This document shows positions 22,023 to 29,925 of a stretch of DNA of 64,000 bases, in pieces. Positions within the stretch are counted from its first letter, which is position 1, and every line of letters begins with the position of its first letter. The notes under the pieces are model-generated. The model ran no database searches. It was not told the origin of the DNA and saw only the letters and a program-made list of their open reading frames with translations. This DNA is from Intrasporangium sp. (lineage in GTDB: Bacteria; Actinomycetota; Actinomycetes; Actinomycetales; Dermatophilaceae): the NCBI RefSeq assembly GCF_035280925.1, contig NZ_DATEEY010000181.1, positions 23,418 to 87,417 on the forward strand. The letters run 5' to 3'. The position numbers were made by a program, and so were the translations under genes.

Positions 22023-23419
22023 TGGTGGCTTCCTCCGTCGTCGGGTTGGTTGTCCGGTGGTTCGGTACCGGGCCTGTTGTCGGGTTGCTCGGCACCGGGT
22101 CGGTCAGCATCCGGCGCGGGGATCCGCGCCTCGACGACGAACCCGCCAGGCCCGGAGGGGTCCGGTCCGGCGCGCTCGAGACGACCGCCGACGAGGGCGA
22201 GGCGTTCTCGCATGCCGATCAGGCCTCGGCCGCGGGGCCCCGGGGCATCAGGTGCCTGGGCGTCCGCTCCGTCATCCTCCACCCGGATCCGGAGGCCGCG
22301 GGCGCTCCAGTCCAACGCAACCCGCGCACTCGAACCGGGCGGCGCATGCTTGACGATGTTGGTCAGTGACTCCTGGACGACCCGGAAAGCCGTCAGGTCG
22401 GCCGTGGGCGACAGCGGGACGGGCTCTCCGGTGGCCACCAGCTCGACCGTGGTGCCGGTGCGTCTCACGTCGTCGATGACGCGGCCGAGCTCGTCGAGCC
22501 CGGGCTGTGGGGTGCGGCTCGCCTCATGGTCCTCGCGGAGGACGCCGAGGAGGGAGCGCATCTCGGTCAGGGCCAGCCGCCCCTGCTCCGCGATCGTCGA
22601 GAGCACCTCGGTCGCCCGAGAGGGCTCACTTGCGACGAGCATCCGGCCACCTTCGGCCTGGCCAACCACGACGGCAAGCGAGTGGGCGACGACGTCGTGC
22701 ATCTCACGGGCGATCCTGCGGCGCTCCGCGGCGCCGGCCCGCTCCGCCTCGTGCTCGAGGTCCCTGCGGGCCTGCTCGATGATCGCCAGACGCTCCCGTT
22801 CGGCTCGCACGGCCCGTTCCTCGAGCGCCGCCACCCACGCCAGCCTCGTGGCGCGATAGCGGCCCAGCGCCCAGGCCGCCAGCAGCCCGGCCGCCACGGC
22901 CGCGGTGATGAACAGCCTCCAAGCCGCCGCACCCTCGCCGGGGGTCGAGACGTATTCGCCGGCGTCCCACAGCTTGGCGACCGTGATGATGCCGCCGATG
23001 GCGCCCACCGCCAGCGCGACATGGGGCAGGGGCGGTGTGGTTCTCGAGCTGACCGTGTAGAGCAGCACGAAGTACACGAGCCCGCTGGGGAGCAGCAGCG
23101 GGGAGAACGGACTGCCGACCTCCGCCGCAGACGCGCCGCCCAGATCGGGGGCGAGGGCGAAGAGGAGCATCGTTGCCGAGGCGACGCCGAAGCTCGCGAC
23201 CGGCCACCGCGACCGGCTCAGGACGGTGGTGTGCAGCACGACGAGACCCACGATGAGGATGCTGCGCCAGGCGTCCGTCGCGTCAGACGCCCGAACCGCC
23301 GAAACACTGGTGGTGAGCAGGAGCGCCGCCAGCACCACGGCGAGTGCCACGTCGGCGAGCACAGAGATCCTGCGCAGCGGCGTGTGCTCGCGTCCCACGG
23401 GGTCGATCGTAGGGCCCAC
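22019..23419 (-). CDS. Sensor histidine kinase (HisKA_3 / NarX-type)
   Basis: Part of ORF 22019..24031, whose upstream portion runs through the tandem repeat and into the MocR gene. GTG 23419 or GTG 23398 is the likely start. Several TM helices precede REMHDVVAHSL (H-box) and the ATPase domain. There is a 4-nt overlap with the regulator gene. Confidence 0.85.
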   Translation of the reverse strand: MGPTIDPVGREHTPLRRISVLADVALAVVLAALLLTTSVSAVRASDATDAWRSILIVGLVVLHTTVLSRSRWPVASFGVASATMLLFALAPDLGGASAAEVGSPFSPLLLPSGLVYFVLLYTVSSRTTPPLPHVALAVGAIGGIITVAKLWDAGEYVSTPGEGAAAWRLFITAAVAAGLLAAWALGRYRATRLAWVAALEERAVRAERERLAIIEQARRDLEHEAERAGAAERRRIAREMHDVVAHSLAVVVGQAEGGRMLVASEPSRATEVLSTIAEQGRLALTEMRSLLGVLREDHEASRTPQPGLDELGRVIDDVRRTGTTVELVATGEPVPLSPTADLTAFRVVQESLTNIVKHAPPGSSARVALDWSARGLRIRVEDDGADAQAPDAPGPRGRGLIGMRERLALVGGRLERAGPDPSGPGGFVVEARIPAPDADRPGAEQPDNRPGTEPPDNQPDDGGSHQ

Positions 23420-23438
23420 GCCGCCTTGCTCCGACCGA

Positions 23439-23510
23439 GCCCTGACCTGGCCCTGACCTGGCCCTGACCTGGCCCCGACCTGGCCCCGACCTGGCCCTGA
23501 CCTGGCCCCG
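23439..23510. repeat. 11-bp tandem repeat GCCCTGACCTG / GCCCCGACCTG, 6 full copies plus a partial
   Basis: Units start at 23439, 23450, 23461, 23472, 23483 and 23494, with a partial unit at 23505. The tract lies between the MocR stop (23518) and the kinase start (23419). Confidence 0.9.
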
Positions 23511-23517
23511 GACCCCC

Positions 23518-24867
23518 TCAACGGTGCTGGACAGACCTCGCGGAGGCGCCGGCAGCCTCGGCGATGGCGTCGGCCACGTCGACCTGGCGGTCCGCGATGA
23601 GCCCGGTCGTGACCCGGATGTGCGGACCATCCAGCGCTCCGCCGACGACGAAAGGGCCCCCGGGTGCGACCGCAATGCCTTGGCTCGCGAGACGCAGGAC
23701 AGCGGCCGACTCGTCCCTCACCGGCACCCAGATGTTGAGGCCGTCCGTACCCGGCACGGAGATTTCGTGCTCGGCGAGCCGGTCCGCTACGAGACCGCGG
23801 CGGCGAGCGTACTCGCCCCTGGCTCGTCTGACCTGGTTCTGCGAACCGGGGTCCGACAGGAGGGCGACCAGAGCGCGCTGGAGCAGTCGACTCGTCCAGC
23901 CCTGTCCGAGGGCGCGGGCGTGCCGGATCGGGGCGAGCGCCGACGGAGGACCGCTCACGGCGGCGAGCCGCAGGTCGGGTCCATAGGACTTGCTGAAGCT
24001 GCGGATGTGGAGCACCTGGTCGGGCAGCCACTCAGCGAGGCTCAGGTCGCGGGAGGAGGCGATGTCTCCGGCCGAGTCGTCCTCGATGACGAGGACGGAC
24101 GTCGCCGCGAGGAGCGAGGCGAGGCGTCTGGCCCGCGTGGGAGTGATCGAGACGCCGGTCGGGTTCTGGCCGCGTGGCTGGATCACGATGGCAACCGGCT
24201 TGCGCGACAGGCCTGCCGCCACGTCGTCCAGGACCGGCCCGCTGTCGTCCAGCGCGACGGGCTCCACGTCGACACCACGGTCCTCGAGCAGGTCGAGCAG
24301 GGGCGGGAAGCCGGGGTTCTCGACGAGGACCCGGTCGCCCGGCCGGAACAGGGTGCGCGTGATCAGGTCCAGGGCATCCATGGCGCCATCGACGACCAGC
24401 AGGTCATCGACCGCGCACGGCCAGTCGGCCCCCAGGGCGTCGCGGAGCTCCGGCAGCACCGGGTCGTCGAGGTAGCTGCTCGGCGCGGCCTCCCCGCCCA
24501 CCTGTCCGAGGGGGAGGCGCAGGTCTGGCAGCAGCCTCGGGTCGGGTACCCCGGTGGACAGGTCGAGGCGGCTGCCGGACTGGTGGCGCAACGCGGTCGT
24601 GTAGCGCGCCCCACCCAACCTGTCCGGGGCGACCGTGGTGCCCCGGCGCCCGTCCGAGCGGATCGCACCGGAGCGGGCGAGCAGCTGCCAGGCCGAGCTG
24701 ACAGTGGTGGGCGAGACCATGAGCTCCTCGGCCACGCGCCGGATCGGGGGCAGCTGGTCGCCCGGCGCCAACACCCCGTCGCGGATGGCCCGGGACACCG
24801 CTTGTGCCAGCCCCTTGGCGGTGGGGGAGTCGAGCCGCGCCTCGACGGCCGACAACACATCACGCAT
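23518..24867 (-). CDS. MocR/GabR-type regulator (GntR HTH fused to PLP aminotransferase-like domain)
   Basis: ORF 23518..24867. The N-terminal winged helix reads LPPIRRVAEELMVSPTTVSSAWQLLARSGAI. A roughly 350-aa aminotransferase-fold domain follows (SFSKSYGPDLRLAA). Confidence 0.85.
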   Translation of the reverse strand: MRDVLSAVEARLDSPTAKGLAQAVSRAIRDGVLAPGDQLPPIRRVAEELMVSPTTVSSAWQLLARSGAIRSDGRRGTTVAPDRLGGARYTTALRHQSGSRLDLSTGVPDPRLLPDLRLPLGQVGGEAAPSSYLDDPVLPELRDALGADWPCAVDDLLVVDGAMDALDLITRTLFRPGDRVLVENPGFPPLLDLLEDRGVDVEPVALDDSGPVLDDVAAGLSRKPVAIVIQPRGQNPTGVSITPTRARRLASLLAATSVLVIEDDSAGDIASSRDLSLAEWLPDQVLHIRSFSKSYGPDLRLAAVSGPPSALAPIRHARALGQGWTSRLLQRALVALLSDPGSQNQVRRARGEYARRRGLVADRLAEHEISVPGTDGLNIWVPVRDESAAVLRLASQGIAVAPGGPFVVGGALDGPHIRVTTGLIADRQVDVADAIAEAAGASARSVQHR

Positions 24868-24873
24868 GTTTGT

Positions 24874-24879
24874 AATGTA
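24874..24879 (-). promoter_or_regulatory. -10-like TACATT (minus strand), 6 nt before ATG 24867
   Basis: The reverse complement reads TACATTacaaacATG. Leaderless candidate for the MocR gene. Confidence 0.45.
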
Positions 24880-24914
24880 GCAATAGGGCGTTTGTGTGGC
24901 TACAGGGTGGCACG

Positions 24915-24920
24915 TAGTCT
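24915..24920 (+). promoter_or_regulatory. -10-like TAGTCT, 6 nt before ATG 24927
   Basis: Reads TAGTCTcgactcATG. Leaderless candidate for mmsA. Confidence 0.45.
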
Positions 24921-24926
24921 CGACTC

Positions 24927-26438
24927 ATGACGAAGACCTCCGCACCGAACACCAACACCATTGACCACTGGGTCTCCGGCGCGCGGGTGCCCGGCTCCTC
25001 GGGTCGCACGGCACCGGTCCATGACCCAGCCACGGGCCGGGTGACGGCACAGGTCGCCCTCGCCTCGGCGGCCGAGGTCGACGCTGCCGTCAAGGCCGCG
25101 GTGGCCGCCGCTGAGGAGTGGCGCTCGGCATCGCTGTCGAGGCGAGCCGCCGTCCTGTTCGGCTTCCGTGAGCTGCTGCACGCGCGCGCCGACGAGCTGG
25201 CCGCCATCATCACCTCGGAGCACGGCAAGGTCCTCGGCGACGCTGCGGGCGAGGTCGCCCGCGGGCTCGAGAACGTCGAGTTCGCGACGGGCGTGCCGCA
25301 GCTGCTCAAGGGCGGCTTCAGCGAGCAGGCCTCCTCCGGCGTGGACGTGTACAACGTCCGACAGCCGCTCGGCGTCGTCGCCGGCATCACGCCGTTCAAC
25401 TTCCCGGCGATGGTGCCGCTCTGGATGTGCGCCAACGCCATCGCCTGCGGCAACGCCTTCGTGCTGAAGCCGAGCGAGAAGGACCCCTCCGCCTCGATGT
25501 TCATCGCCGAGCTCTGGAAGGAGGCCGGCCTGCCCGACGGCGTCTTCACCGTGATCCACGGTGACAAGGAGGCCGTGGACACGCTGCTCGACCACGAGGA
25601 CATCTCGGCCGTCAGCTTCGTCGGGTCGACGCCGATCGCCAAGTACATCTATGAGCGCGGCACGGGCAACGGCAAGCGGGTCCAGGCGCTCGGCGGCGCG
25701 AAGAACCACGCCCTCGTCCTCCCCGACGCGGACCTCGACATGGCGGCGGACGCCATCGTCTCGGCTGCCTACGGTGCCGCCGGCGAGCGGTGCATGGCCC
25801 TGTCCGTCGCCGTGGCGGTCGGGGAGGTCGCCGACGACCTCGTCTCCGCGATCCGGGACCGACTGCCGTCGCTCAAGGTCGGCGCAGGCGGTGAGCCGGG
25901 CACCGACATGGGCCCGCTCATCACCCGTGAGCACCGGGACAAGGTGGCCGGCTACATCGGCGCCGGCGCCGATGCCGGGGCAAAGGTCGTCGTCGACGGA
26001 CGCGAGCAGGAGGTGCCGAAGGATGGCTTCTTCCTCGGCATGACCCTGCTCGACCAGGTGACCCCAGAGATGACGGTGTACACCGACGAGATCTTCGGCC
26101 CGGTCCTGTCGGTCGTGCGGGTGGCGACGTTCGACGAGGGGTTGGCACTGATCAACGCCAACCAGTACGCCAACGGCACCGCGATCTTCACCCGCGACGG
26201 GGGCGCCGCGCGCAGGTTCAAGAACGAGGTCGAGGTCGGCATGGTCGGCGTCAACGTGCCCATCCCCGTCCCCGTCGCGTACTACTCCTTCGGTGGCTGG
26301 AAGGACTCCCTCTTCGGCGACACGCACATGTACGGGCCCGAGGGCATCAACTTCTACACCCGCGGCAAGGTCGTGACCGAGCGCTGGCCCGACCCCGCGA
26401 CGTCAACGGTCGACCTCGGCTTCCCCCGCACGCGCTGA
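24927..26438 (+). CDS. mmsA: CoA-acylating methylmalonate/malonate-semialdehyde dehydrogenase
   Basis: ORF 24927..26438. It is an ALDH-family protein with the MmsA-like N-terminus IDHWVSGARV. The catalytic region GERCMALS replaces the usual glutamate motif, and FTRDGGAARRF is present. Confidence 0.8.
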   Translation: MTKTSAPNTNTIDHWVSGARVPGSSGRTAPVHDPATGRVTAQVALASAAEVDAAVKAAVAAAEEWRSASLSRRAAVLFGFRELLHARADELAAIITSEHGKVLGDAAGEVARGLENVEFATGVPQLLKGGFSEQASSGVDVYNVRQPLGVVAGITPFNFPAMVPLWMCANAIACGNAFVLKPSEKDPSASMFIAELWKEAGLPDGVFTVIHGDKEAVDTLLDHEDISAVSFVGSTPIAKYIYERGTGNGKRVQALGGAKNHALVLPDADLDMAADAIVSAAYGAAGERCMALSVAVAVGEVADDLVSAIRDRLPSLKVGAGGEPGTDMGPLITREHRDKVAGYIGAGADAGAKVVVDGREQEVPKDGFFLGMTLLDQVTPEMTVYTDEIFGPVLSVVRVATFDEGLALINANQYANGTAIFTRDGGAARRFKNEVEVGMVGVNVPIPVPVAYYSFGGWKDSLFGDTHMYGPEGINFYTRGKVVTERWPDPATSTVDLGFPRTR

Positions 26439-26453
26439 GAGACAGGCAGATTC

Positions 26454-27842
26454 ATGACTGACACGCACACCACGGCACGGGGGTCGCTCTCCGAACGCTT
26501 GGACGGCATGAGCCGGGAGGATGTCCATCGGCTCGACCGACAGCACGTGTTCCACTCCTGGTCCGCGCAGGCTCTCATCGAGCCGCTACCGATCCAGCGG
26601 GCCCAGGGCTCGTACTTCTGGGACTACGAGGGCAGGCGGTACCTCGACTTCAGCTCCCAGCTGGTCAACGTCAACATCGGCTACCAGCACCCGAAGGTCG
26701 TCGCAGCGATCCAGGAGCAGGCGGCCCGCCTCACCACGATCCAGCCCGCGTTCGCCAACGACGCCCGCAGCGAGGCTGCCCGCCTCATCACCGAGGTCGC
26801 CCCCGAGGGGCTCGACTGCGTCTTCTTCACCAATGGCGGCGCCGAGGCGAACGAGAACGCGCTCCGCATGGCTCGCCTGCACACCGGACGCCACAAGGTG
26901 CTGGCGACCTACCGCAGCTACCACGGCGCCACCGCCGGCTCGATCACGCTGACGGGCGACCCGCGACGCTGGCCGTCCGAGCCGGGCCAACCGGGGATCG
27001 TCCACTTCTGGGGCCCGTACACGTACCGCTCGGCGTTCCACTCCGAGAACGACGAGCAGGAGCGCGATCGCGCTCTGGCCCACCTGCGCGACACACTCAT
27101 GGTGGAGGGGCCGCACACGGTCGCCGCGATCATCCTCGAGACGGTCGTGGGGACCAACGGCATCCTCGTCCCGCCGGATGGCTACCTCGAGGGCGTGCGT
27201 GCCCTGTGCGACGAGCACGGCATCATGCTCATCGCTGACGAGGTCATGGCCGGCTTCGGGCGCTGCGGCGAGTGGTTCGCCGTCGACCACTGGGGCGTCC
27301 GGCCTGACCTGATCACGTTCGCCAAGGGGGTCAACTCGGGCTACGTGCCGCTGGGCGGCGTGGTGATCTCGGACGAGGTGGCCGCCTCCTTCCAGGAGCG
27401 GGCCTACCCGGGCGGCCTGACCTACTCCGGCCACCCGCTCGCCTGTGCCTCCGCGGTGGCGTCGATCTCCGCCTTCCACGAGGAAGGCATCATCGACAAC
27501 GCGCGTCGCCTCGGCGAGGAGGTCATCGGACCACGGCTTGGCGAGATCGCCGAGAAGCACCCGAGTGTCGGTGACGTCCGCGGGCTGGGCGTCTTCTGGG
27601 CCGTCGAGCTGGTCAAGGACCGCGGTACGCGTGAACCGCTCGTCCCGTTCAATGCATCCGGAGACGCCGCCAAGCCGATGGGGGCCTTTGCCGCAGCGTG
27701 CAAGGAGCGCGGGCTCTGGCCGTTCACCCACTTCAACAGGACCCACGTCGTCCCGCCCTGCACGACGACGCCGGAGGAGGCCGAAGAGGGGCTCGCGATC
27801 CTCGACGAGGCCCTCAACGTCGCCGACACCTTCACGGCCTGA
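26454..27842 (+). CDS. Class III (omega) aminotransferase, PLP-dependent
   Basis: ORF 26454..27842. Motifs: FTNGGAEANENALRMAR, LIADEVMAGFGRCGEWFA, ITFAKGVNSGYVPLGG (the Lys in FAKG binds PLP). Confidence 0.85.
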   Translation: MTDTHTTARGSLSERLDGMSREDVHRLDRQHVFHSWSAQALIEPLPIQRAQGSYFWDYEGRRYLDFSSQLVNVNIGYQHPKVVAAIQEQAARLTTIQPAFANDARSEAARLITEVAPEGLDCVFFTNGGAEANENALRMARLHTGRHKVLATYRSYHGATAGSITLTGDPRRWPSEPGQPGIVHFWGPYTYRSAFHSENDEQERDRALAHLRDTLMVEGPHTVAAIILETVVGTNGILVPPDGYLEGVRALCDEHGIMLIADEVMAGFGRCGEWFAVDHWGVRPDLITFAKGVNSGYVPLGGVVISDEVAASFQERAYPGGLTYSGHPLACASAVASISAFHEEGIIDNARRLGEEVIGPRLGEIAEKHPSVGDVRGLGVFWAVELVKDRGTREPLVPFNASGDAAKPMGAFAAACKERGLWPFTHFNRTHVVPPCTTTPEEAEEGLAILDEALNVADTFTA

Positions 27843-27859
27843 CGAACCACCACGCCGTC

Positions 27860-27894
27860 GTATGCCGCTGGACTCGCTCCCGAGCCCAGCGGCA
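27860..27894. repeat. REP-like palindromic unit (hairpin) just after the aminotransferase stop
   Basis: A full copy GTATGCCGCTG lies at 27860-27870. TGCCGCTGGACTCG (27863-27876) pairs with CGAGCCCAGCGGCA (27881-27894), 14 bp with 1 mismatch, around the loop CTCC. Confidence 0.75.
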
Positions 27895-27918
27895 CCGCCG
27901 CACCTACCGCCCCCCGAG

Positions 27919-28943
27919 TCGAGTGTGCACTTCGCGCAGAGTCGGAGGCGAGTGCGCGTCCACGGCGGGGCCTTCGGTGTCCGTGGCCGGTCTGGTCGAC
28001 GGGGATCGGATTGGTCCTGTGGACGCCGTGACGGCGGAGCTGGGCCGGACTCGCACCGAAGAGTGCGCCTCTCCGCCAGCACCAGTCGGGACAGGTCCGT
28101 GGCCGACGTGGCAGGGCGCGGAACAATCTGCTGGTGGGTCCGTGATTGAGCCTGAGCCAGTTACGGACGGCCTGCCGGCAGCCCCAGTGTGCTGGGCCAT
28201 CGGACGCAGCACTGGCAGGTATGGACGAATGTGGGTCGGACCCGACCACCAGACCGCTCAGTCGTCGGTGTACTTCTTGACAGTTGCGGTGATGAACGAG
28301 TCGGCGGCGACCATGGAGCCCGGCTTCAGGTCTTGTCCAACCACGACCCAGTTGGAGTCGAGGACCGGCAGCCGGTTGGCACCGGTCGCGTCGTTGGCGG
28401 GGGCAACGTGCAGGCCCGCTGCGCGCCAGCTGTCCTGTGCTTCCTGGTAGTTCAGTCCGATGCCGTTCGGAACTGTGATGTTCGAGTCGGCCGCCGGCGC
28501 GATCGAGGTGGGAGCCGCTGCGGCAGCGGGCGCCACCGAGGTCTTGGTTGGGGCAGCGGAGACGGTTTCCGTGACGGTCGACGTCGCCGTGACCGTCACG
28601 GGTTGCACGGGAGTGCTGGGCGTCGAGCCGGCGCAGCCGGCGAGAAGGAGGGGCAGCGCAGCAATCAGCGGTACCAGCAGTCCTCGGTGTCGAGCATCGA
28701 CGTCGGATGGAGATGAAGTGACCGTGCGTGACATGAGCGCCCCTTGGTGGTGAGTGGGTCTGGCCCCGTGACCGTAGTGAGGGCGGCTCCCAGCCGCGTT
28801 GCGTTTCCCGATGATGTGACGAAAACCGCAAATGACCGAGGTCCGCACAAAGTGGATCGGACGGCCCGTGACCTGGGCATTGGGCCCGGGCAGGTTTGGT
28901 CGGTCATTGATCCCCTGCTGAGCGGCGCGAAGTGCACACTCGA
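27919..28943. mobile_element. Candidate IR-bounded cassette (no transposase) carrying one lipoprotein gene
   Basis: TCGAGTGTGCACTTCGCGC at 27919-27937 is the perfect reverse complement of 28925-28943 (19/19). The interior looks lower in GC by eye and holds one convincing ORF. REP-like copies sit just outside both ends. Confidence 0.35.
28258..28734 (-). CDS. Small lipoprotein with PASTA-like C-terminal domain
   Basis: In frame with ORF 28258..28848, starting at ATG 28734. The signal peptide plus lipobox reads LLVPLIAALPLLLAGCAG. A Thr/Ala/Pro linker follows, then VPNGIGLNYQEAQDSWRAAGLHV...NWVVVGQDLKPGSMV. Confidence 0.7.
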   Translation of the reverse strand: MSRTVTSSPSDVDARHRGLLVPLIAALPLLLAGCAGSTPSTPVQPVTVTATSTVTETVSAAPTKTSVAPAAAAAPTSIAPAADSNITVPNGIGLNYQEAQDSWRAAGLHVAPANDATGANRLPVLDSNWVVVGQDLKPGSMVAADSFITATVKKYTDD

Positions 28944-28990
28944 GGAGATCCCGATGGAGCGCTGGGGTTCCATTGGGCTGGAAGCGAACT

Positions 28991-29001
28991 CAGCGGCATA
29001 C
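28991..29001 (+). repeat. REP-like repeat copy (CAGCGGCATAC)
   Basis: GAAGCGAACTCAGCGGCATACGAC lies 3 nt from the stop of the minus-strand nuclease gene. It is inverted relative to the copy at 27860. Confidence 0.7.
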
Positions 29002-29004
29002 GAC

Positions 29005-29844
29005 CTAGTCGTCGATCTCGGCCAGGCCGCTGACGGCGGGGTCGACGGCGCGGGTCGCCGCGTCGTCGGGCAGGTCCGGGGGAGTGCCGCCCCAGGCCGG
29101 GCAGAGGCTCCGGTGCTCACACCAGTCACACAGTCGGCTCGGGCTGGGGCGCCAGTCGCCGAGCTGGGCGGCTCGCTCGATGGCCGCCCACAGCGCCTTG
29201 ATCTTCCGCTCGACCCCGAGCAGGTCCTGGACGTCCGGTTGGTAGCGGACGATCTCACCGTTGCCGAGGTAGACGAGCTGCAGGAGCTGGGGGATCTGGC
29301 CCCGGAGGCGCCAGAGGACCAGCGCATAGAACTTCATCTGGAACAGCGCCTTGCCCTCGAAGCGCTCCGACGGGGAGCGCCCGGTCTTGTAGTCGACGAC
29401 CCGCATCGCACCGTCGGGCGCGACGTCGAGCCGGTCCACGTACCCGCGCAGGACGAGGCCGTCGACCTCGGTCTCGACGTAGAGCTCGCGCTCGGCGGGC
29501 TCGAGACGGGTCGGGTCCTCGAGGCCGAACCAGGTCTGGAGCAGCGCCCCGGCGCCGGAGAACCATTCGTCGGTCCGACCGTCGTGCTCGGCCAACAACG
29601 AGAGCATCTCCGGCTCCTCGGTGGCGATCCGCTCCCACTCATGCGGGACGAGCGCGACCGCGGCGTCGAGGGTGCGCTCGGCCGTCGGCAGGTCGAAGAG
29701 CCGCTCGAGCACCGCGTGGACGAGGGTGCCCCGTGCCGTCGCCGCGGTGGGGGGCGACGGCAGCTTGTCGATGACGCGGAAGCGGTAGAGCATCGGGCAC
29801 GTCATGAAGTCCGAGGCCCGGCTCGGCGACAAAGCGGGGAGCAT
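29005..29844 (-). CDS. RecB-family (PD-(D/E)XK) exonuclease with C-terminal Cys cluster
   Basis: This is the C-terminal 279 codons of artefactual ORF 29005..30897. MLPALSPSRASDFMTCPMLYRFR..., GYVDRLD...VVDYKTG and CDWCEHRSLCP resemble an AddB/Cas4-type Fe-S nuclease. Confidence 0.8.
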   Translation of the reverse strand: MLPALSPSRASDFMTCPMLYRFRVIDKLPSPPTAATARGTLVHAVLERLFDLPTAERTLDAAVALVPHEWERIATEEPEMLSLLAEHDGRTDEWFSGAGALLQTWFGLEDPTRLEPAERELYVETEVDGLVLRGYVDRLDVAPDGAMRVVDYKTGRSPSERFEGKALFQMKFYALVLWRLRGQIPQLLQLVYLGNGEIVRYQPDVQDLLGVERKIKALWAAIERAAQLGDWRPSPSRLCDWCEHRSLCPAWGGTPPDLPDDAATRAVDPAVSGLAEIDD

Positions 29845-29850
29845 GAGGCG

Positions 29851-29856
29851 ACTGTA
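29851..29856 (-). promoter_or_regulatory. -10-like TACAGT (minus strand), 6 nt before ATG 29844
   Basis: The reverse complement reads TACAGTcgcctcATG. Leaderless candidate. Confidence 0.45.
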
Positions 29857-29912
29857 TGACGACGGTCGGACAGTGCCCCGGACCGCCCACCGCATGTCCG
29901 GCGCGCCCCGCA

Positions 29913-29918
29913 TAGGCT
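29913..29918 (+). promoter_or_regulatory. -10-like TAGGCT, 7 nt before ATG 29926
   Basis: Reads CATAGGCTtcgactcATG. Leaderless candidate. Confidence 0.45.
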
Positions 29919-29925
29919 TCGACTC

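Noticed and set aside
23439-23510. Possible CRISPR array
   Set aside because: The units are 11 bp and directly abutting with no spacers. No cas genes are present in the window. It is a simple tandem repeat.
27698-28450. 250-aa + strand ORF (and 27904..28212 minus) inside the IR-bounded segment as a possible second cargo gene or transposase remnant
   Set aside because: It overlaps the 3' end of the aminotransferase gene and is antisense to the lipoprotein gene. There is no start context and no recognisable motif. The composition is typical of non-coding frames. I treat the 27938-28257 stretch as non-coding, possibly a decayed gene.
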